64,000 nucleotides of DNA from Bacteroidota bacterium (GTDB lineage Bacteria; Bacteroidota; Bacteroidia; Bacteroidales; VadinHA17): positions 1,023 through 65,022 of the forward strand of contig JBAXXU010000007.1 in the NCBI GenBank assembly GCA_037127735.1, read 5' to 3'. How positions within the stretch are numbered: position 1 is the first letter of the stretch; every line of letters begins with the position of its first letter. The translations under genes and the position numbers were made by a program. This document shows positions 10,007 through 18,708 of the stretch, piece after piece. The notes beneath the pieces were generated by a model. The model was given only the letters and a program-made list of their open reading frames with translations, was not told where the DNA came from and did not search any database.

Positions 10007-11002
10007 CTATTTTTTTTCAAACGCGGCATCAAACGCGATGTTGGAAGATGGAAAATCAACCTTGCGTACAAATGCACAGGCCTCTTTTGCACCGAATTCC
10101 CTGTCCATGCCACTATCTTCCCATTCAACCGACAGAGGCCCTTTGTAATTAATACGATTAAGGGCTCTGATGATCTCCTCAAAATTGATGTCCCCATGGC
10201 CAAGACTCCTGAAATCCCAGTAACGGCCTAATGTTCCAAATTCAGTATGTCCACCGAAAACACCGGCTTCAACGGGCACTTTTGACCAGCCTACATCTTT
10301 CATGTGAACATGGTAAATCTTTTCTGCAAAAGTGTGTATGAACCCCACATAATCAACCCCTTGATAACCAAGGTGCGACGGATCGAAGTTGAACCCAAAA
10401 TTAGGATGGTTATTTAATGCCTTCAGCGCTCTGCGGGCCGAGGCTATGTCGAATGCAATCTCAGTAGGATGAACCTCTAATCCAAAGTTAATCCCAAGTT
10501 CATGGTATTTGTCAAGAATAGGTGTCCAGCGTTTTGCAAAATCTGCATAGCCTTCATCTATCATAGCCGGAGTTACCGATGGAAAAGAGTAAATAAGATG
10601 CCATATAGAGCTTCCTGTGAATCCGTTTACCTGGTCAACACCAAGCCTTTTGGCTGCTTCCGCGGTGCTTATCATCTCACGCGCTGCACGTTGATGGACA
10701 CCTTCAGGATCTCCGTCTCCCCATACATAAGGCGGCAAAATACCTTTGTGCCTCTGATCAATGCGATCACAAACTGCCTGACCAACAAGATGATTGGAGA
10801 TTGCAAATACTTTAAGCCCGTATCTCGCAAGTATCTCTTTCTTTCCGCGGCAATATGCCTCATCAGCTTTATTCACCTCAAAATGGTCACCCCAGCATGC
10901 GAGTTCCAAACCGTCAAAGCCAAATGATTTGGCCTTCTGACATAAAGTTTCAAATGGCAAATCTGCCCATTGGCCTGTAAAAAGTGTAACTGGTCTACTC
11001 AT
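10007..11002 (-). CDS. sugar phosphate isomerase/epimerase (xylose-isomerase-like TIM barrel)
   Basis: 331 aa. FGFDGLELA..., [11 protein letters not shown] and FDPSHL patterns are typical of this fold. Confidence 0.8.
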   Translation of the reverse strand: MSRPVTLFTGQWADLPFETLCQKAKSFGFDGLELACWGDHFEVNKADEAYCRGKKEILARYGLKVFAISNHLVGQAVCDRIDQRHKGILPPYVWGDGDPEGVHQRAAREMISTAEAAKRLGVDQVNGFTGSSIWHLIYSFPSVTPAMIDEGYADFAKRWTPILDKYHELGINFGLEVHPTEIAFDIASARRALKALNNHPNFGFNFDPSHLGYQGVDYVGFIHTFAEKIYHVHMKDVGWSKVPVEAGVFGGHTEFGTLGRYWDFRSLGHGDINFEEIIRALNRINYKGPLSVEWEDSGMDREFGAKEACAFVRKVDFPSSNIAFDAAFEKK

Positions 11003-11160
11003 AATTTTATGTTTTAAAATTTAAATTCTGTAACAAGTATAAAAAAGATTCTCCTAAAAAGCAATTAAAATTTCATACTATCCGAGAGTTAATGAAATCC
11101 GTAAAAAGCATGAAAGTAAAAACTAACTATGATGGTTTTATTTTTCAGGCTTTTTTGTTC

Positions 11161-11241
11161 TACTTCGACAGATTAAAAACCTACCTGTTCCCCTTGGGGT
11201 TGAAGGGTAAAAACAGGACGGTTTTTCATATCTGTCAAAGT
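11161..11241. repeat. MITE/REP-like palindromic intergenic element, short copy
   Basis: TACTTCGACAGAT ... ATCTGTCAAAGTA termini. The core CCTGTTCCCCTTGGGGTTGAAGGGTAAAAACAGGACGGTTTTTCATATCTGTCAAAGTAG matches 7300..7356 with about 3 substitutions. Confidence 0.6.
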
Positions 11242-11339
11242 AGTATTAGTTTCATGCTAAGATAAGAAAATCATTTTCATAGATCTTAAGGTTATATTAT
11301 AATTTGTTTACTTTGCCTGATATTCTATAAATTATTGAA

Positions 11340-12095
11340 ATGGCAGAAATTTCAGGTTTTTTACTTGATCGCAGAACAATAAGAAAATACTCTTCAGAAC
11401 CTGTTGATGATAAGCTTCTTACTGGTCTGCTCATGAAGGGTTGCAGGGCATCCACAACAGGCAATATGCAGTTGTACAGCATCATTATTACAAGGGATAA
11501 AGAAAAGAAAAAAGAACTTGAACCATTGCATTTTAGCCAGAAGATGATCACCGAAGCTCCAGTTGTTCTGACATTCTGTGCAGATTTCAACCGGTTTATT
11601 AAATGGTGCAAAATCAGGAATGCAGAACCGGGTTATGATAATTTCCTCTCATTAATAACGGCTGCCATTGATGCATTATTAGTCGCGCAAACTGTATGCA
11701 TTGCAGCAGAATCGGAAGGTTTGGGAATATGTTATCTTGGTACCACTACCTATATGGCTCATAAAATTATTGATGTACTGAATCTTCCGAAAGGTGTTGT
11801 TCCTGTAACAACAGTTACTCTAGGTTGGCCGGCTGAGCAACCTGACCAGGTTGACAGGCTTCCTCTGGAAGCAATTATTCATAAAGAGAGTTATTGTGAT
11901 TATACCGATGAGAGTATTGAAATGTACTATAAGGGAAAAGAGGAGAGGAGCGACTCCCGGCAGTTTGTAAATGAGAATAAAAAAGATACTCTGGCACAGG
12001 TGTTTACAGATGTCAGGTACAAGAAAGCTGATAATATTCACTTTTCAAAAATCCTCTTACAGGTTCTGAAGGATCAGGGGTTCATGGATCAATAG
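11340..12095 (+). CDS. nitroreductase-family NAD(P)H oxidoreductase
   Basis: RRTIRKYS N-terminal motif. 251 aa. Confidence 0.75.
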   Translation: MAEISGFLLDRRTIRKYSSEPVDDKLLTGLLMKGCRASTTGNMQLYSIIITRDKEKKKELEPLHFSQKMITEAPVVLTFCADFNRFIKWCKIRNAEPGYDNFLSLITAAIDALLVAQTVCIAAESEGLGICYLGTTTYMAHKIIDVLNLPKGVVPVTTVTLGWPAEQPDQVDRLPLEAIIHKESYCDYTDESIEMYYKGKEERSDSRQFVNENKKDTLAQVFTDVRYKKADNIHFSKILLQVLKDQGFMDQ

Positions 12096-12119
12096 TAAAA
12101 ATCCCCTGACCACCGGCAA

Positions 12120-12884
12120 CTATTCCGGTCTTCTGAAATTATAATTTACACTTGCCTGCTGTGTCGGAGTAATTTCCAGATCATTAATACAGACATGGGC
12201 CGGAAGAGAGGCGCAATAATAAATTGCATCTGCAATATCATCGGCGGTAAGAGCATCAATGCCTTTATATACATTTTTTGCTTTTTCCACATCTCCTTTA
12301 AAACGAACCAGTGCAAACTCTGTTTCTGCCATTCCGGGGGCAATATGAGTTACTTTTATATTATTCTTTAACAGATCAATACGCATTGATTTCGAAATAG
12401 AATCAACTGCCGATTTTGATGCACAATAGACATTCCCATTTTCGTAATTTTCTTTCCCCGCTATTGAACCAATGTTAAAGATATGCCCTGTATTCCTGGC
12501 AACCATGAGTGGTGCAACCGCCCTGGTAACATAAAGCAATCCTTTAACATTTGTGTCTATCATCCTGTCCCAGTCATCTGTAATTCCATCATCAATACGG
12601 GAGAGGCCTACCGCGAGGCCTGCATTATTTACCAGAATATCAATTGATTTCCATTCCACCGGCAGGTTTCCGATGACTGATGCAACTTCCTCCTTCTTCC
12701 TGACGTCGAAATTCAGAGAAAGGATTTTTATGTTTCTATAAGCTGAGAGTTCTTTCCCGAGTTCATCCAGCCTCTCTTTTCTCCTGCCGGTTATAATAAT
12801 GTTATATCCGTTTTTAGCAAATCGTACAGCAATGGCTTTTCCAAAACCTGCCGTAGCGCCGGTTACCATGATTGTTTTATTCAT
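12120..12884 (-). CDS. short-chain dehydrogenase/reductase (YdfG-like)
   Basis: TGATAGFGKA (TGxxxGxG) and YCASKSAV (YxxxK). Confidence 0.85.
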   Translation of the reverse strand: MNKTIMVTGATAGFGKAIAVRFAKNGYNIIITGRRKERLDELGKELSAYRNIKILSLNFDVRKKEEVASVIGNLPVEWKSIDILVNNAGLAVGLSRIDDGITDDWDRMIDTNVKGLLYVTRAVAPLMVARNTGHIFNIGSIAGKENYENGNVYCASKSAVDSISKSMRIDLLKNNIKVTHIAPGMAETEFALVRFKGDVEKAKNVYKGIDALTADDIADAIYYCASLPAHVCINDLEITPTQQASVNYNFRRPE

Positions 12885-12987
12885 TTTGCAGATTGATTTT
12901 TATTTCAGGTAAAAATAAGAATTTATTTTTGATGCATGAACTCACCATCTATCTCACACACTTATTATCTTTGCGTTTTAGTTTAAA

Positions 12988-13722
12988 ATGGCAGATCAAC
13001 CACAGGATTGGAAAGAAGACAAAAAAGCAGCAGTTGAATCAATGTTCGATTCCATAGCCTGGAGGTATGATTTTCTTAACCATTTTTTGTCATTCGGCAT
13101 TGATCGTCTCTGGAGAAAAAAAGTAATAAGAATAATCTCGAAGTTCTTTAAAAACCCTCATATTCTTGATGTTGCAACGGGAACTGGCGACCTCGCAATT
13201 GCTGCAATGAAACTTAAACCATCGAAAATTTCCGGTATTGACATATCGCGGAAAATGCTCGCTGTCGGTAAAGAAAAAATTGAGAAAAGAGGCTTTTCCG
13301 GTGCCATAGAATTGATTGTTGGCGATTCAGAGAAAATACCCTTTGGAGACAGCCTCTTTGATGTGGCCATGGTTGCATTTGGTGTCAGAAATTTTTCAGA
13401 TCCGCTGAAAGGTTTATCTGAAATGAAGAGAGTGATTCGTAATGAAGGGATGATCATTGTGCTTGAATTCTCTAAACCATCAGGTTTTCCATTCAAACAG
13501 TTTTATTATTTCTATTTCAGAAATATCCTTCCGTTTTTCGGGAAACTTTTTTCAAAAGACAAAGAAGCTTACAACTATCTTCCCGACTCTGTCATGAAAT
13601 TTCCGGATAATGAGGAGTTCCTGAAATTACTTTCACTGGCAGGCTTTTCTAATAACCAACAGATAAAACTGACAGGCGGAGTGGCAAGTATTTATACCGG
13701 TTTCAATTTATCAACGCAATAA
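12988..13722 (+). CDS. ubiE: demethylmenaquinone methyltransferase UbiE/MenG
   Basis: FDSIAWRYDFLNHFLSFGIDRLWRK and SAM motif LDVATGTGDLA. Confidence 0.85.
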   Translation: MADQPQDWKEDKKAAVESMFDSIAWRYDFLNHFLSFGIDRLWRKKVIRIISKFFKNPHILDVATGTGDLAIAAMKLKPSKISGIDISRKMLAVGKEKIEKRGFSGAIELIVGDSEKIPFGDSLFDVAMVAFGVRNFSDPLKGLSEMKRVIRNEGMIIVLEFSKPSGFPFKQFYYFYFRNILPFFGKLFSKDKEAYNYLPDSVMKFPDNEEFLKLLSLAGFSNNQQIKLTGGVASIYTGFNLSTQ

Positions 13723-13783
13723 TCGGAATTCAAACCAGTTTATTATCTTGTATCGCTAAATCAAAAAAAAACTCAGGAGAAAA

Positions 13784-14500
13784 TTGAAGAAAAAAATCAT
13801 CAATATCTTATTAGTACTTCTCTTTTTGCTGATCTCTGTCATTTCATTTGGGCAGAAACAGAAACCTAAAAATGAATCATGGTACGATGATAAGTTTTTC
13901 CACTTTGGATTCAGCCTGGGGTTAAATGTGATGGATTTTACTATTACTCCTTCACAGGCTTTTCTGGTTTCTGATTCTCTCTATCCTGAAGTGAGCATCC
14001 TCAATCCCGGGATCAATATTCAAATAGTTACAAACCTGAAATCAGGGAAATATTTTGATGTCAGGTTTCTTCCCGGTGTCTCTTTTGGTCAGAGAGTTAT
14101 CAGGTATTACAAAAACCAGGTTATCTATAACGATAGGCAAAGGCTCGAATCTTCATTTCTCGAGTTCCCGCTACTTCTTAAATATAAGGGAGACAGACTG
14201 AATAATGTCAGACCCTATGTAATCGGGGGGCTAAATTTCAGGTATGACCTTGCCGGGAAGAAAGAATTTGATGACCAAAAGCCTGTCTATATCAGACTAA
14301 AGCGCCCCGATCTTTATTATGAACTTGGAGCCGGGATGGATTTTTACCTTACATATTTTAAGCTTTCTATCGAGTTGAAGATGTCGAACGGGATTGGGAA
14401 TGTACTTGTTAAAGAAGCAGCTCCCGGGCATCCTGAATTTTACAATACCATTGAAAAGTTGAAATCGCAGATATGGGTACTGGCATTTCATTTTGAATAA
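13784..14500 (+). CDS. outer-membrane beta-barrel protein, PorT/SprT-like
   Basis: TTG start. Signal peptide, 238 aa, alternating beta-strand pattern ending ...WVLAFHFE. Lies directly downstream of ubiE, as I recall for porT/sprT. Confidence 0.5.
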   Translation: MKKKIINILLVLLFLLISVISFGQKQKPKNESWYDDKFFHFGFSLGLNVMDFTITPSQAFLVSDSLYPEVSILNPGINIQIVTNLKSGKYFDVRFLPGVSFGQRVIRYYKNQVIYNDRQRLESSFLEFPLLLKYKGDRLNNVRPYVIGGLNFRYDLAGKKEFDDQKPVYIRLKRPDLYYELGAGMDFYLTYFKLSIELKMSNGIGNVLVKEAAPGHPEFYNTIEKLKSQIWVLAFHFE

Positions 14501-14502
14501 GA

Positions 14503-16065
14503 ATGATAAAACAGGTTCAGATAAATCTTAATCCTGAAGCTGCAGCAGATGAAGCTGCAATTAAAAAAATTGCTGCATCTCTCACAGGTACTGACCAGAG
14601 AGAGATTTCATCTATCAGGGTCATTAAGCGATCGGTTGATGCAAGGAAGAATAAGATCCGCGTTAATCTTACTGTTGAAGTTTTTTCCGGTGATGATTCT
14701 GCGTCACCTCCCATCAGCCCTTTTATTCCTGTTGATGTGTCCCTGAGGAGAGAAGTCATCATTGTCGGTGCAGGACCGGCCGGCCTCTTTGCCGCTCTCA
14801 GGCTGATTGAACTGGGATTACGTCCGGTGATAATTGAGAGAGGCAGAGATGTATCATCCCGTAAAACAGATATCGCGAGGATTAGCCGGGAGCAGATTGT
14901 TGATCCTGACAGTAACTATTGCTTTGGTGAAGGTGGCGCCGGCACTTATTCTGACGGAAAGCTATATACCCGATCGAAAAAGAGAGGAGATAATACACGT
15001 GTGGTTGAATTGCTTTGCCTCCATGGCGCCAACGAAAATATCATGTATGAGGCTCATCCTCACCTTGGTACTGATAAGCTTCCGGGTATAATCTCTAATA
15101 TCAGGAAAACGATAGTTGATGCAGGAGGTCAGTTCATCCTCGAAAAGAGAGTAACAGATTTTATAATTGATGGAGATTCAATAAGGGGAGTTGTTACATC
15201 CGGTAATGAAAAATTTCAGTCTGAGTACGTTATTCTTGCAACCGGCCATTCTGCAAGAGATATTTATGATATATGCCGCAATCGCGGTGTTGATCTCGAG
15301 ATGAAACCATTCGCCATGGGAGTGAGGGTTGAACACCCGCAGGAGCTGATCGACAAGATTCAATATCACGGCAATTCAAGTGGGGAGTTTTTACCGGCTG
15401 CTTCATATAATCTTGCTAAACAGGTTGATGGAAGAGGTGTCTATTCATTTTGTATGTGCCCCGGCGGATTTATTGTCCCTTCGGCTACATCACAGCAAGA
15501 GGTAGTTGTTAACGGGATGTCTCCGTCAGGAAGAAATTCACCTTATGCCAATTCGGGAATAGTTGTTGAGATCAGACCTGAAGACCTTTTAAAGTACAGT
15601 AGTTTTGGAGTAATGGCCGGAATTGAATTTCAAAAAGAAATTGAACGGGAAGCCTGGAAAAACGGTGGGCATACGCAAAGGGCGCCGGCCCAGCGACTGG
15701 CTGATTTTGTTTCAGGCGAGGCTTCCGCTTCGCTGCCAAAAGTCTCATATTTTCCGGGAGTAACATCTTCTCCTCTTCATAGCTGGCTGCCAAAGGCGAT
15801 TGGCAGGCGCCTCAGGGATGGTATCAGACTGTTCGGACATGTGATGAACGGTTACCTGACAAATGAAGCTGTTGTTCTTGGTGTTGAATCGCGGACATCT
15901 TCACCTGTAAGGATCCCAAGAGATACGGAGAAGCTTCATCATATAAGAATTTCCGGTTTGTACCCTTGTGGAGAAGGTTCGGGATATGCCGGGGGTATAG
16001 TATCCTCCGCGGTCGATGGAACGAGGGCGGCCGAGGCTATAGGTTTGACAATAAATAATTCATGA
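14503..16065 (+). CDS. NAD(P)/FAD-dependent oxidoreductase (COG2509-like)
   Basis: IIVGAGPAGLFAA dinucleotide-binding motif. 520 aa. Confidence 0.8.
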   Translation: MIKQVQINLNPEAAADEAAIKKIAASLTGTDQREISSIRVIKRSVDARKNKIRVNLTVEVFSGDDSASPPISPFIPVDVSLRREVIIVGAGPAGLFAALRLIELGLRPVIIERGRDVSSRKTDIARISREQIVDPDSNYCFGEGGAGTYSDGKLYTRSKKRGDNTRVVELLCLHGANENIMYEAHPHLGTDKLPGIISNIRKTIVDAGGQFILEKRVTDFIIDGDSIRGVVTSGNEKFQSEYVILATGHSARDIYDICRNRGVDLEMKPFAMGVRVEHPQELIDKIQYHGNSSGEFLPAASYNLAKQVDGRGVYSFCMCPGGFIVPSATSQQEVVVNGMSPSGRNSPYANSGIVVEIRPEDLLKYSSFGVMAGIEFQKEIEREAWKNGGHTQRAPAQRLADFVSGEASASLPKVSYFPGVTSSPLHSWLPKAIGRRLRDGIRLFGHVMNGYLTNEAVVLGVESRTSSPVRIPRDTEKLHHIRISGLYPCGEGSGYAGGIVSSAVDGTRAAEAIGLTINNS

Positions 16066-16080
16066 TAGTAAGCCCATTTT

Positions 16081-16101
16081 CGCACACGTGTGCGGTTTTT
16101 T
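16081..16101 (+). terminator. intrinsic terminator after the FAD oxidoreductase gene
   Basis: Palindrome CGCACACGTGTGCG followed by GTTTTTT. Confidence 0.6.
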
Positions 16102-16364
16102 CAATGAATTTATAATAATCTCGCGGAAAGCCACTCGCGTAATTTCTGCTATCAAAAAATAATAAATTTATTAGTGTCAGATATTCAGATGATTAAGAAG
16201 CAGAAATCATTTATTTCTATTTTTTAACCATTTCTGGCACTCCTTTTGCCTGTTATTCCTGTATGGGAAGGGAATTGCCGCTTATATAAAGAAAGGTATT
16301 TTAATTAAATAAGGGCGAATCAGAGGTTAAAAGTGTTTTTCATTGGTTAGGTTAGGGGAGTTTA

Positions 16365-16403
16365 TAGTGGAGTTGAAATTTCAACTTCACTATTTACTTT
16401 TTT
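16365..16403 (+). terminator. orphan plus-strand terminator-like hairpin inside a 500-bp non-coding gap
   Basis: TAGTGGAGTTGAAA/TTTCAACTTCACTA stem (one G-U pair) followed by TTTACTTTTTT. No annotated plus-strand gene ends here. Confidence 0.4.
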
Positions 16404-16565
16404 AATTTCAGGAACGATTTTACGAAACATATTGTTTTTTTTTAAATAATCATTGATGTCAGGGTAAAATGGCCCATCAATTCCGGTTGGAAATCCCATT
16501 ACGGGTGGTCTGCAAGGGTTGGCCTGACAAAATGATTAACCAATTTTTTGAAAAACAACTGTCTT

Positions 16566-17795
16566 TTATTGATCTTCTTCTTTAACCAGAATTGTTGATT
16601 CCTTAAGCCGCAGCGATATTAATATACTTAGAACCATTAACCCGATAAGAATAATCAATGGATTGGTCATTGATCCTGTTAATGAAGATTTCAGGCTGTC
16701 CATACCAAAGATAAATGCTATTCCCGATATCTGACCCATCAATATGAGCATTCCATTTGAAGTACCTTCAGAAGCCGGGTAGGTAATTTCGGCTCCGTAT
16801 TGAAAACCTATTGGTCCCGAGCTTAGGAGGAAGAAGCCCAACACCATTCCGGAAACAAGCAGTAACCAGAAGTTTGCAGCAAATGTGATTCCGGCCAGAC
16901 CAATAGTGGCGCCGACCAGCGCGATAACTATAAACGGAGTTCTTTTTTTGTAGTGATCGGATAGGAGAGGAATAATAAGAGCTCCGATGATCCCTCCGAC
17001 AATCATTAAACCGCCAGTAATCCCAGCCTGTGTGGCCGAGAACCCGCGAGGTCTCAAAATGTCCTCTATCCAGGTAGTTACAGCATTAAAAACCCCAAGG
17101 CCAATAAAAAAAACAACCATCAGTAATATGAAATCTTTCGTCCTTAAAGTCTGCTTAAAACCATCAAAAACCAGAGAGCGTTCCTCCTGATCAGGACGGC
17201 AGGGAGGTGTAAGGGGCCTCTCTTTTATCAAAACAATGAAGATAATAGCCGTTAAAATGGAAATAATACCATAAATATTAAGCATTCCGCTAATGCCTGA
17301 TCCAATGGTCAGATACGGTGTCAGAGTCATTCCTGCCAGGATTCCGATATACATTGACAGTGTACCCAGGCCGGCTGCAGTAGCTCGTTCCTCGATAGGG
17401 AACCAGCGGGCAGCCAGTTTAGTAATTGCATTAAGAATGAAAGGTTGTCCGATCGCAATACCAATTTGTGATAGGAGCAACAGATTGTAATCTGGGCCGG
17501 CTAATCCGCGAAGTAAACCAAAAATACCTGTAAATACAGCTCCAATACCGACCCCTATCCGGATTCCATATTTATCGATAGCCCACGATGCAGGAATTGA
17601 CACGACAACATAAACTATCATAAAACACATGGAAAGAATTCCGATCTGAAGGTCAGAAACACCATAATATTTTGTAGCATCTCCCGTTATCGGGGCAAAT
17701 GTAATCCACAAGAGTTGATTCACAGCAGCCATAAGCATATAAACACTAAGCATTATCCAACGGATACCGTACACTTTGAAATTTGATTTTGGCAT
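16566..17795 (-). CDS. MFS transporter
   Basis: 409 aa polytopic protein. Confidence 0.8.
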   Translation of the reverse strand: MPKSNFKVYGIRWIMLSVYMLMAAVNQLLWITFAPITGDATKYYGVSDLQIGILSMCFMIVYVVVSIPASWAIDKYGIRIGVGIGAVFTGIFGLLRGLAGPDYNLLLLSQIGIAIGQPFILNAITKLAARWFPIEERATAAGLGTLSMYIGILAGMTLTPYLTIGSGISGMLNIYGIISILTAIIFIVLIKERPLTPPCRPDQEERSLVFDGFKQTLRTKDFILLMVVFFIGLGVFNAVTTWIEDILRPRGFSATQAGITGGLMIVGGIIGALIIPLLSDHYKKRTPFIVIALVGATIGLAGITFAANFWLLLVSGMVLGFFLLSSGPIGFQYGAEITYPASEGTSNGMLILMGQISGIAFIFGMDSLKSSLTGSMTNPLIILIGLMVLSILISLRLKESTILVKEEDQ

Positions 17796-17826
17796 ATTGT
17801 AATTTTTGAAAGCAAATATAATTTTA

Positions 17827-18609
17827 TTATTCAGGTAACCTGCCTGATTTCCTCATAAACTCAGAAAAAACCACCGAGGCCGCCATACCTACATTCAGTG
17901 AATCTATTCCTTCCTTTGCATTGGTGAATTTAGGGATCATTATTTTATCAGTTATGAACGGAATCAATTCCTCAGAAATACCCTTCGATTCATTTCCGAG
18001 CAAAATAATTCCTTTGTTATCAAGTTTATGGTTGTATATTGATTCTCCTTCCAGCATTGTTCCAAATACAGGGATCTTGTTATCAACTGCCATTGCAAGA
18101 AGTTTATTAAGGTCGGAATAGTAAACATTTACATGTAAAACAGCGCCCATCCCTGCCTGTATTACTTTTGGATTATAAACATCTGCACAGTCTGAGGAGC
18201 ATACAATGTTTTTAATGCCAAACCAGGCGGCAGCTCTTATTATTGTACCAAGATTTCCCGGATCCTGGACACAATCGAGAGCCACTGTTAAACCCTTGAT
18301 AACCTCGCCGGTATCCGGAATCTTGTTTTGTACAGGAACCAAAGCAAGTGCATTACGCGGGTTTTTTAAAGCGCTTATATGTTTAAGTTCTTCATTACTG
18401 ACCTCTTCAATCTCATTGGCAAACCACTTCATTTCAATCGTGAGTGAGCTGAGAAATTCCGCATTGGCAATCAGCATCCTTAAAGGGATCTTTGCCATCA
18501 GAAACTCTTTTACAAGTTTATCTCCTTCGATAACGAATAGTCCCTCGTCTTCTCTGACCTTTTTCTTCCGGAGGGCAATTATTAATTTTACTTTACTTTT
18601 ACTGATCAT
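17827..18609 (-). CDS. TrmH/SpoU-family RNA methyltransferase
   Basis: DPGNLGTIIRAAAWFG and LLGNESKGIS motifs. Confidence 0.8.
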   Translation of the reverse strand: MISKSKVKLIIALRKKKVREDEGLFVIEGDKLVKEFLMAKIPLRMLIANAEFLSSLTIEMKWFANEIEEVSNEELKHISALKNPRNALALVPVQNKIPDTGEVIKGLTVALDCVQDPGNLGTIIRAAAWFGIKNIVCSSDCADVYNPKVIQAGMGAVLHVNVYYSDLNKLLAMAVDNKIPVFGTMLEGESIYNHKLDNKGIILLGNESKGISEELIPFITDKIMIPKFTNAKEGIDSLNVGMAASVVFSEFMRKSGRLPE

Positions 18610-18708
18610 GGAAGACAGAATTAACTATTTTTTTTTACTTAGACCCGAAGCCCTAAAGTTACGCGAATTATTATTGATATATTTGCGTAACACACTTGCA
18701 TACGAATT

